Source: Candidatus Micrarchaeota archaeon (GTDB lineage: Archaea; Micrarchaeota; Micrarchaeia; Norongarragalinales; UBA8480). Taken from it: a stretch of DNA of 13,990 nt. The stretch is taken from contig JAZDHP010000056.1 in assembly GCA_043805855.1 (NCBI GenBank), forward strand, positions 1 to 13,990, in the 5' to 3' direction. Positions 1 to 6,916 of this stretch are shown here, piece after piece (the stretch's first letter is position 1; every line of letters starts with the position of its first letter). The translations under genes and the position numbers were made by a program. The notes under the pieces were generated by a model. It was not told where the DNA came from and made no database searches. It saw only the letters and a list, made by a program, of their open reading frames with translations.

Positions 1-16
1 AACAAAGGTTGACAAA

Positions 17-595
17 ATGGCACAAGATGACACTGAAATTGAAATCAAGCTAGAAGTTGACGAAAATACACTTGCAAAGCTGCGCAAAACACTGGAAGTA
101 AATGGAAAGTTTGAAAAAACCGCAACGCAAGTAGATGAATACTTTACCCCAGCTCACAAAAACTTTATGGACTACGATTTCCCATACGAATGGCTCAGCA
201 TCCGCAAACGCAGCGGGAAAACTATTCTCAATTACAAGCACTTTTACCCCGAGAACAAAAACCCATTCACACATTGCGACGAGTACGACACGTTTACTGA
301 CAATGGAGAACAGCTAAAGAAAACACTCGTGGCGTTGAATTTCCGCAGTTTAACAATAGTGGAGAAGAAACGCGACACTTACATTTACCGCGGTTTTGAA
401 ATCGCTATAGATAGCGTGAAAAACCTCGGGAATTTCGTAGAGATAGAAGCGCTTGACAATTCAAAAGGCGTTACTGAAACGCGGCTAGCGCTTTTTGCAG
501 TTGCAAAAGAACTAGGACTGGATATTACAAAAACTCAAATCCGCGGATACCCTTACTTACTAATGGAAAAACAAGGTTTAATCAAAAAAAGCTAA
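17..595 (+). CDS. cyaB: CYTH-domain protein / class IV adenylate cyclase family
   Basis: N-terminal ExExK motif (EIEIKL), QVDEYF, LSIRKR, KKRDTY, IAIDSVKNLGNFVEIEA and C-terminal GYPYLL, all typical of CYTH proteins. Its stop overlaps the glyS stop by 4 bp. Confidence 0.88.
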   Translation: MAQDDTEIEIKLEVDENTLAKLRKTLEVNGKFEKTATQVDEYFTPAHKNFMDYDFPYEWLSIRKRSGKTILNYKHFYPENKNPFTHCDEYDTFTDNGEQLKKTLVALNFRSLTIVEKKRDTYIYRGFEIAIDSVKNLGNFVEIEALDNSKGVTETRLALFAVAKELGLDITKTQIRGYPYLLMEKQGLIKKS

Positions 596-2133
596 ACGCT
601 AGCTTTACACATTTCAATGCACTTCTGTGCGATTTTGGAAATTTTCACCCGCTCTTGCTCACCGCTGTCCCTAACGCGCAGCGTAACGTCGTCTTTCTCT
701 AGAGAATCATAGTCAATTGTAATGCAAAACGGCGTGCCTATCTCGTCTTGACGCGCGTAACGCTTTCCTATACTTCCACTTTCATCGTATTCAACCGCAA
801 GTCCAGTTGCTTTTAGCTTTTCAAAAACCTCGCGTGCCTTTTCAGCTAAGCCGTCTTTTTTCATCAACGGAAACACTGCAACTTTCACCGGCGCGACAGT
901 TGTAGAAAAGCGCAGCACGTTTTTCACTTCGCCCTTCTCTTCCTTCTGGTAAAACGCGTCGACTAAAACAGTAAATAACAAACGGCCAATTCCAATTGAC
1001 GGCTCGATAACAAACGGCACTAGCCTTTGCTTTGTTGCCTCGTCGAAAACAGTAATTTCTTTTCCACTATGCTTCGCGTGTTGCGTTAAGTCAAAATTAC
1101 CCCGATTTGCAATTCCTTGCAATTCCTTCCAGCCCCACGGATAATTATACTCAATGTCCCAAGTTTCGCTAGAATAGTGACTTAACTCAGTTTTCACGTG
1201 TTGGCGAAAGCGCAAGTTTTCCTTCTTTAAACCAATAACATCCGTTAGCCACTTCATGCTTTCAACAAGCCAATAAGCGTGCCACTTGTTGCCGATAACT
1301 TTTTCTTCAAGTAAATCGCCCACTTTTAGTTCTTTATGTTCTTTTTTCTTCTCCTGCATTTCAGCAGTGTAAAAAATAGCTTTGAAATTCTCGTGCTCTT
1401 TTGCAAAATATTCACACTCGTCCATCTTTTCTGGGTTTACAAAATACTCTATTTCCGCTTGCTCGAACTCGCGGCAACGAAACAAAAAATTACGAGGCGC
1501 AATTTCATTTCTAAACGCTTTACCAACCTGCGCTATACCGTAAGGTAGTTGTTTTCTCGAAACGCCGTGAATTGTTTTAAACGCGGTGAAAATTGATTGA
1601 GCTGTTTCAGGCCGCAAGTAACTCTTACTTTCTTCGTTGTTCAGCACGCCGACTTGCGTTGAGAACATTAAATTAAAAATGCGAACTTCAGTTAACTCGC
1701 CTTTGCACTTTGGACAAACGAGTTTGTGCTTCGCAATTAACTCTTCCAATTGTTTCGGCGCAATACCGTCAACGCTTAGCTTAAGCTCATCTTCAATCAA
1801 CTGGTCAGCACGGTAACGCGTTTTGCACTTCTTGCAGTCAACCAGCGGGTCAGTAAACGAATCCAAGTGCCCGCTCGCCTTCCACACAAGCGGATTTGTA
1901 ATAATCGAACCATCAATCCCAACAACATCTTCTCTTTTAGTAACAAAAGTGCTCCACCAAGAGTTAACGATGTTACGCTTTAGTTCAACTCCAACTGGCC
2001 CGAAGTCAAAAAACCCAGCGAACCCACCGTAAACATCCGCAGTTGGAAACACCAAACCACGACGGGCACACAGCGCAACAACGTTTTCAACAACGTTTAA
2101 CTTCTTTTCAACCTTTGAAACATTTTCAACCAT
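592..2133 (-). CDS. glyS: Glycine--tRNA ligase, alpha2 (archaeal/eukaryal) type
   Basis: RRGLVFP..DVYGG..GFFDFGPVG, VWKASGH, two CxxC pairs, YLRPETAQ, class II motif 2 GKAFRNEI..R.REFEQAEIE, motif 3 VIEPSIGIGR, and anticodon-binding domain GSIGKRYARQDEIGTP. Confidence 0.97.
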   Translation of the reverse strand: MVENVSKVEKKLNVVENVVALCARRGLVFPTADVYGGFAGFFDFGPVGVELKRNIVNSWWSTFVTKREDVVGIDGSIITNPLVWKASGHLDSFTDPLVDCKKCKTRYRADQLIEDELKLSVDGIAPKQLEELIAKHKLVCPKCKGELTEVRIFNLMFSTQVGVLNNEESKSYLRPETAQSIFTAFKTIHGVSRKQLPYGIAQVGKAFRNEIAPRNFLFRCREFEQAEIEYFVNPEKMDECEYFAKEHENFKAIFYTAEMQEKKKEHKELKVGDLLEEKVIGNKWHAYWLVESMKWLTDVIGLKKENLRFRQHVKTELSHYSSETWDIEYNYPWGWKELQGIANRGNFDLTQHAKHSGKEITVFDEATKQRLVPFVIEPSIGIGRLLFTVLVDAFYQKEEKGEVKNVLRFSTTVAPVKVAVFPLMKKDGLAEKAREVFEKLKATGLAVEYDESGSIGKRYARQDEIGTPFCITIDYDSLEKDDVTLRVRDSGEQERVKISKIAQKCIEMCKASV

Positions 2134-2166
2134 ATAAAAACCCTGAACTACATTAGCAAATGCACA

Positions 2167-2175
2167 TTTAAAAAA
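2167..2175. promoter_or_regulatory. Putative TATA box in the 63-bp divergent glyS/tRNA-Leu intergenic region
   Basis: TTTAAAAAA starts 30 nt before the tRNA 5' end (2197). On the minus strand it reads TTTTTTAAA, about 34-42 nt before the glyS ATG. Confidence 0.5.
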
Positions 2176-2234
2176 CTCCGCACACCTAATAAAAATGCGG
2201 GAATAGCAAAGCGGTCAAATGCAGTAGACTCAAG

Positions 2235-2356
2235 ATCTGGCTTTTCTTTTTAGAAAAAAGAAAAGACCAAGGGAATCAGCAAAAACCATAGGTTTTTGTC
2301 TGAGTCACAAATCTATGCGATTTGTGCTCAAAGAAAAACATTACTGCAAATGAGCG
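2235..2356 (+). other. tRNA intron 1, canonical position 37/38, 122 nt
   Basis: Central helix CTCA(2229-2232)/TGAG(2351-2354), 3-nt bulges AG|A and CG|A, and the anticodon stem as outer helix. The inner helix is weak. The intron contains three hairpins. Confidence 0.88.
2275..2330 (+). repeat. Double-hairpin element, copy 1 (inside tRNA intron 1)
   Basis: ATCAGC-AAAAACC-ATA-GGTTTTT-GT-CTGAGTCACAAA-TCTATGCGAT-TTGTGCTCA. It shares three invariant blocks and the fold with 5627-5684. Confidence 0.8.
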
Positions 2357-2381
2357 ATCTACTCTCTTAGGAGTTCGAGGG

Positions 2382-2442
2382 AAATCTTTTTTCTTTTATA
2401 AAAAGAAAAAACATTTATGAAAAAAGAAAAGAGGTTCTCGAA
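2382..2442 (+). other. tRNA intron 2, non-canonical position 53/54, 61 nt
   Basis: Perfect central helix CGAG(2376-2379)/CTCG(2437-2440), 5' bulge GG|A, 3' site AA|T, inner helix AATC/GGTT that can extend. Removal places TTCGAA directly after G53. Confidence 0.85.
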
Positions 2443-2448
2443 TTCGAA

Positions 2449-2477
2449 ACGTTTTTTCACAAGAAAAAACGCAGAAC
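2449..2477 (+). other. tRNA intron 3, non-canonical position 59/60, 29 nt
   Basis: Bulge AA|A is followed directly by the 9-bp hairpin CGTTTTTTC-ACAA-GAAAAAACG. Central helix TTCG/CAGA has one C-A mismatch, the 3' bulge is AC|T, and the T stem is the outer helix. Confidence 0.78.
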
Positions 2478-2620
2478 TCCCTCTTCCCGCACTTCTTCTT
2501 TACCTGAGATCCGCACATATTTGTAAACTCTACCTTCGCATGACTGAAGCACTAGTTCTTTTTAAACTCTGCTTTAGTTTGGCAATCTCCTAAGTGTACT
2601 TTGGTGTTTGTCGTGTTTCC

Positions 2621-2638
2621 GCATTTCCGCGGAAATGC
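2621..2638. repeat. Perfect 18-bp palindrome, possible operator
   Basis: GCATTTCCGCGGAAATGC lies about 15 bp upstream of CTATAAAT (2654-2661). Confidence 0.6.
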
Positions 2639-2687
2639 ACCGTCTGTCCAGAACTATAAATGCCTTTTCTCAATCAAACGTTTTGCA

Positions 2688-2888
2688 ATGGTTGACACTA
2701 ACCTTTTGTTGAATCTCCTCGAACAAATTCCAGCAGAAGATATAACAGTTCGCGGTTTGAGCTACAAAACCAAAATTGATAGAAGAACAGTTAAAAAATA
2801 CATAGAAGTAGCTCTTAAAATTCAAAATATGAAAAAAATTATCAAAAGCCAAACGGGATTACGCTTTTTTATAAAAAAGGAACAATAG
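2688..2888 (+). CDS. Small HTH DNA-binding protein (66 aa)
   Basis: ITVRGLSYKTKIDRRTVKKYI is an HTH-like pattern. ATG 2688 has a TATA box (2654-2661) at suitable spacing and is preferred over TTG 2601. Confidence 0.6.
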   Translation: MVDTNLLLNLLEQIPAEDITVRGLSYKTKIDRRTVKKYIEVALKIQNMKKIIKSQTGLRFFIKKEQ

Positions 2889-2924
2889 CCGCAATTAAAA
2901 AAATAGCTGAACGTAAAATATAAT

Positions 2925-3143
2925 ATGACTTATGACGACTTCAGTAGCGGAAATGCTTGGATTAAAATAAAGGAAACTAATTCAATAAGCGGCACACGAC
3001 TTGATGGTATTTTTGGCGCTCTTGGCATTGGAAGTCCACACGGCCACTATGTTTCTTTTAATGAAAAACAAATTTATGTTCGAAATATTCCAACGTTAAT
3101 TGCCATTCAAGCGGGAAACACTGTAACTATTTTAGAAATTTAG
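2925..3143 (+). CDS. Hypothetical protein (72 aa)
   Basis: ATG-started ORF 36 bp after the HTH gene on the same strand. No motif recognised. Confidence 0.45.
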   Translation: MTYDDFSSGNAWIKIKETNSISGTRLDGIFGALGIGSPHGHYVSFNEKQIYVRNIPTLIAIQAGNTVTILEI

Positions 3144-3268
3144 GTACACTATAGCGTACTCTAGCGGCTGCAATAGCTGCATGGATCCAAATCACCTTTT
3201 AATAATTGGCGATTCTCGCAACATGCAAGAAGTGCCAAACGATTCAGTACAACCGCTTTAGCCAAACC

Positions 3269-3276
3269 CTTAAATA
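3269..3276 (+). promoter_or_regulatory. TATA box of the 3301-5024 operon
   Basis: CTTAAATA lies 25-32 nt upstream of ATG 3301, compatible with a leaderless transcript. Confidence 0.55.
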
Positions 3277-3300
3277 CCAGTTATATGACAATATAATGAC

Positions 3301-3954
3301 ATGACAAGCACATTATATGACAAACTCTCTGAGCGGACAAAGCGAATAGGCAAACTAGTAGCTAATAGCATGCCGCACTTGCCGTTTGCCTTGTGGGACT
3401 TGGCCGAGTTTATGCACACTTTTCACAATGTACGCCGAAATATTGTTTTCATTGAATGTGAAAAAATAGCCCACGAAGAAGTAAAGCGGCTACTAGCAAG
3501 CGATGAAGAGTTTCGCGACTGCATTGTTTATTCTGGAGAGCGTAAGCCAAAAACAGTTAATGAAGAGTGGGCTAGCGCAAAAAGTGCTGAAATTCGCGAT
3601 ATTATAGTGATAATAAGCCGAAGCGACTTCATGGAAACCAACACAGTAGCTGAAAGCAACCTTCGAGTACCCGGAATTGAACGCCGCTTGGTTGACTTAA
3701 TGGCTTACGCGATGCGGGGATACTTACCACTAACAGTTGAAGAGGCACTTGCTGCTTGGACTTGGTTTATTAAAGAAGGCGAACTACGCATTTCGTTTTT
3801 ACAGCGATACGCAACGCGTCGATACCTCGGATGGTTTCTTAGTGTATTCTTGTTTAAACTGAATAAAAACGGAGACTTAGCTAGTGTTGACCCGCGTTAC
3901 ATTGAAAACGGCAGCAAATATTACGAAGCGTTAAAACGAGTTGAGGAAATTTGA
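3301..3954 (+). CDS. AbiEi-like (DUF6577-like) putative type IV antitoxin
   Basis: LRVPGIERRLVDL resembles the AbiEi C-terminal 'v...ErtlvD' motif. PHLPFALW..EFMH..NIVFIECEK resembles DUF6577 proteins as recalled. It is coupled to the next gene by a TTGA overlap. Confidence 0.65.
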   Translation: MTSTLYDKLSERTKRIGKLVANSMPHLPFALWDLAEFMHTFHNVRRNIVFIECEKIAHEEVKRLLASDEEFRDCIVYSGERKPKTVNEEWASAKSAEIRDIIVIISRSDFMETNTVAESNLRVPGIERRLVDLMAYAMRGYLPLTVEEALAAWTWFIKEGELRISFLQRYATRRYLGWFLSVFLFKLNKNGDLASVDPRYIENGSKYYEALKRVEEI

Positions 3955-5024
3955 ACTTAGAATTTCAAAAAAGACAAAATGAAGTGCTGGAAATACTTTC
4001 GACTCTAGCACAAGAAGCAAGAGTAGCAGGAGAAACGCTTGTTTTTATTGGCGGAAGTGCGGTTCAAACCGCGGTATTGAAACAACCTCTGCGGCTTTCA
4101 ATTGACTTAGACTTATATTATTCGGGCGATGCTGAAGCTTTGCTTTCAAAACTTATTGACTATAAAATAGAAAAACGACCAACCAAACAGCAAGACTTAT
4201 TCTCTTTTTACAAAGTAATTAATGACAAAGTAGAAGTAAAAGTAGACATAGCACGTTTTTCATTAGTTAACGCAGGCAAGCCTTTTGGACTCAAGAAGCT
4301 TACTATTGGAAAAAAGTATTTTGAAGCCAACGTTGCAACACCCGATTACTTGCTTGCCTCAAAACTAGCAGCTTTAGCTATTGGCACTGTTGGCCGTTCA
4401 CCTGAAAAAGAAAGTTTTCGTTTGCTTGATTTTCTTAAAGATGTATTTGACGCAAACTGTTTGATTGACGATTTTAGCGCTGGACCGCAAATGTGGAAAT
4501 TCTTTGAACAAGTGTGCCAAATTCAAAACAACATGCGCAATACCAATTTTACATTTAGCCAGGTTATTGAAAGCGCGATGAACGCCTTGCTAGACTCCGC
4601 ATTAACCACTAATAATACAACTAGCATAGGAAAACAACACTTAAGCGAATTTCAAAACGCATATTTGCTAATTGGCGCAATCAACACTAGAGACTACAAA
4701 ATAATGACGTGCCGTTTAGCTGCTTACTTGTCGCTACTCAATCCCGGAAATGAAGAAAATAGGGAGTTCATTAAACAAATGGAACAAACCATTGCTGAAA
4801 AATACACAGACAAGCATTTCATTGAAGCTTGTGAAGCTAAACTTATAGAAATTGATTTTGAACCAAAACAGCTTCACGAACTTAAAGTAGTTGCGCCACA
4901 AGCATTAGCTTACCTTTTTGCTGCAAAGTATCCGCTTGAATTAGACAAAATAACTGATGAAAAACGCGGCTTGACCGAGGGGCTTAAAAACGGATTAAAA
5001 AGTGGGCTAAAAGATGGGCTATAA
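3951..5024 (+). CDS. AbiEii/AbiGii-family nucleotidyltransferase toxin
   Basis: LVFIGGSA...RLSIDLDL is the pol-beta NTase GG[ST]..RxSxDxD motif, followed by LASKLAAL and KDVFD. TTG start overlaps the upstream stop. Confidence 0.82.
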   Translation: MNLEFQKRQNEVLEILSTLAQEARVAGETLVFIGGSAVQTAVLKQPLRLSIDLDLYYSGDAEALLSKLIDYKIEKRPTKQQDLFSFYKVINDKVEVKVDIARFSLVNAGKPFGLKKLTIGKKYFEANVATPDYLLASKLAALAIGTVGRSPEKESFRLLDFLKDVFDANCLIDDFSAGPQMWKFFEQVCQIQNNMRNTNFTFSQVIESAMNALLDSALTTNNTTSIGKQHLSEFQNAYLLIGAINTRDYKIMTCRLAAYLSLLNPGNEENREFIKQMEQTIAEKYTDKHFIEACEAKLIEIDFEPKQLHELKVVAPQALAYLFAAKYPLELDKITDEKRGLTEGLKNGLKSGLKDGL

Positions 5025-5186
5025 TTTCCGCGGAACAAACAAGCTTACACGCAAAGTATCTACATTTACGCAACCTAGAGCAGTAACTTTGACTGCCTTC
5101 TCAGCGTTTTATTTTTCCTAACTACTTTTTTATTAACAACTAGACCATAGCCCAAAAGGCACATCTTAATCGTTTTTAGCAACTTA

Positions 5187-5194
5187 TTTATATA
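5187..5194 (+). promoter_or_regulatory. TATA box of the 5215-6874 operon
   Basis: TTTATATA lies 21-28 nt upstream of ATG 5215. An imperfect inverted repeat TGTTCAA-A-TTGATACA (5200-5215) follows it. Confidence 0.55.
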
Positions 5195-5214
5195 TGAGTT
5201 GTTCAAATTGATAC

Positions 5215-6258
5215 ATGGAACTAAGTCTTGGCAAAACGGAAATAGGGGCTTTTCAAGCACTTTGCACAATGCAAGAAGAGTGCACAGTGAACAAATTAGC
5301 TAAAGAGTTGAACCGGTCAAAGAGTTTTGTGTCGCGAGAGGCTAAATCTTTAGCCGACAAGGGGCTAATAGAAATACAGCGCAGTGGAAAGAAAAAAATA
5401 TTAATAATATCTAGAGGTCAACATGCGGTTGCTTTGAGGGAATTAATGGCAAGCAACTCACACGTACCTTTTACCGAAGTACTTAGCGGTTCAACAATAG
5501 CAGTTTTGACAGGGCTGCTTTACCAACCAGCATCGGTTGATACAATAGCTAGGTTAACTTTTACTCCAAAAATTACAGTTCGGCGCAACTTATTGCGATT
5601 GTTGAACTTAGGGGTTATAACGCGACATCAGCGTAAGGCGCGAAGCCTTACGACTGAGTCACAAAGCCAAAGGCATTGTGCTCACAAACACGAATACGCG
5701 GTAGCTTTGCATGGGTTAAGTGAATTTATACAAAAATATGCGGCGTTTGCAGTTCAAACTAGCCGGGCAAATATAACCGGTTCACTATTCGTACGTCGCA
5801 CGAGTGGCTTAATTAGAACAAATGCAAACAATATACCGAATTTCATGGTTCAAACTGGACTAAGTGTTTTTAACAAATATGGCATTGGAATAGTGCAAAC
5901 TGACTTTAAAGATTATTATTTTAACGTGTTAGAAACGCTGGTAAAAAAATTAACGCTTGAAGAAGTTTTAGTTCATGCGCTTGTAAGGACAACGGTTATT
6001 TCTAGCAGTCGGGAAGTTAGCTACGTATTACTTGTAATTGCAAAGAACCGCAAGAAACTTAACTTGAACCGTTTTCTTGAAATAGCAGGGGATTACGGCG
6101 TTGAAAGTAGTGCTAAGCAGTGTATTGAATTTGTTGACGGCGTTTTATCTGGAAAAGAGATTCCAAAGCCGCTTGTGGACTTTGGCATGAGAGCAGAGGG
6201 GCTTGTTTTTCTGGATCAAAACGAGTTTATGGAGTTGTTAAAGCAATATGACGTCTGA
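5215..6258 (+). CDS. Tandem winged-HTH (MarR/ArsR-like) protein, putative antitoxin/regulator
   Basis: wHTH1 is TVNKLAKELNRSKSFVSREAKSLADKGLIEIQRSGKKK. wHTH2 is SVDTIARL...TVRRNLLRLLNLGVIT. The gene overlaps the downstream NTase gene by 11 bp. Confidence 0.78.
   Translation: MELSLGKTEIGAFQALCTMQEECTVNKLAKELNRSKSFVSREAKSLADKGLIEIQRSGKKKILIISRGQHAVALRELMASNSHVPFTEVLSGSTIAVLTGLLYQPASVDTIARLTFTPKITVRRNLLRLLNLGVITRHQRKARSLTTESQSQRHCAHKHEYAVALHGLSEFIQKYAAFAVQTSRANITGSLFVRRTSGLIRTNANNIPNFMVQTGLSVFNKYGIGIVQTDFKDYYFNVLETLVKKLTLEEVLVHALVRTTVISSSREVSYVLLVIAKNRKKLNLNRFLEIAGDYGVESSAKQCIEFVDGVLSGKEIPKPLVDFGMRAEGLVFLDQNEFMELLKQYDV
5627..5684 (+). repeat. Double-hairpin element, copy 2 (in-frame within CDS)
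   Basis: ATCAGC-GTAAGGC-GCGAA-GCCTTAC-GA-CTGAGTCACAAA-GCCAAAGGCA-TTGTGCTCA. The stretch 5628-5684 is 57 nt, or 19 codons. Confidence 0.8.
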
Positions 6259-6874
6259 AGTTAAAATGTATTCAAACCAAGATATTGACCTGGTGTTACG
6301 AAAAGCAAGCGCGTACTTGAACAAGCAGGTTGAAGCGTTTTTAATTGGCGGCTGCGCGATGACGTTTAGAAACTTAAAGCCAGCTACAAAAGACGCGGAT
6401 TTACTGCTAGAAGATGAGCTAAGCGAACAACGGCTGTTTCAAGCGTTGCGACAAGCTGGTTTAGAAGAACTTTTTCCAGGCTCTTACCAGCAAGATGTAA
6501 AAGCTAAGGATATTTTGATTGCAGAGAATGGCTTGCAGTTTGACTTATTTGCCAAAATAGTAATGGACGGCCTAAATTTATCAAAAGGCATGAAAAGGCG
6601 AGCTGAAAAACACGCAAAGTATGGTAATTTGAAAGTGTTCATTGCTTCTAAAGAAGATATTTTCTTGTTCAAAGCAATTACCAACCGGCCTTACCCGAGA
6701 GACTTTGAAGACATGATCACTTTGCAACAAAGCGGGTTAAAATGGCCTGAAGTAATTAGCGAGTACGAAGCGCAAATCAAAGGCAAACAAATAGAACAAA
6801 ACTTAAAGAAAAAACTCACAGACTTAAAACAAACAGGCTACGTAAACCCACTAATGAAAAAACTGAACATTTAA
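6248..6874 (+). CDS. Nucleotidyltransferase, DUF6036/AbiEii-like
   Basis: FLIGGCAM...KPATKDADL NTase motif, QFDLF, and EDIFLFKAITNR..RDFED. Confidence 0.78.
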   Translation: MTSEVKMYSNQDIDLVLRKASAYLNKQVEAFLIGGCAMTFRNLKPATKDADLLLEDELSEQRLFQALRQAGLEELFPGSYQQDVKAKDILIAENGLQFDLFAKIVMDGLNLSKGMKRRAEKHAKYGNLKVFIASKEDIFLFKAITNRPYPRDFEDMITLQQSGLKWPEVISEYEAQIKGKQIEQNLKKKLTDLKQTGYVNPLMKKLNI

Positions 6875-6916
6875 GTTTTTGCGCTCAGAGGCTCAACCTC
6901 TGCTAACCCTCCCTGC

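Larger units (their letters stand above)
2197..2491 (+). tRNA. tRNA-Leu(CAA) with three introns; exons 2197-2234, 2357-2381, 2443-2448, 2478-2491 (83 nt, CCA not encoded)
   Basis: Joined exons give acceptor stem GCGGGAA/TTCCCGC+A, D arm GCA..GG..TGC, anticodon arm GTAGA-CTCAAGA-TCTAC, Leu-type variable arm CTC-TTAG-GAG and T arm GAGGG-TTCGAAT-CCCTC. Confidence 0.92.

Noticed and set aside
2234..2360. GATCT at both junctions of intron 1 as a target-site duplication
   Set aside because: It is only 5 bp and partly constrained by BHB and anticodon-stem sequence. It makes the junction formally ambiguous, but BHB geometry fixes it at 37/38.
2492..2624. Possible minus-strand gene remnant after the tRNA
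   Set aside because: The frames examined are interrupted by stops and show no recognisable motif.
2601..2687. TTG-started N-terminal extension of the small HTH ORF
   Set aside because: It spans the palindrome and TATA box. ATG 2688 fits the promoter spacing better.
5615..5705. BHB-flanked mRNA intron around the CDS copy of the element
   Set aside because: I could not build a 4-bp helix with properly placed 3-nt bulges at its borders, and the ORF is open without splicing.
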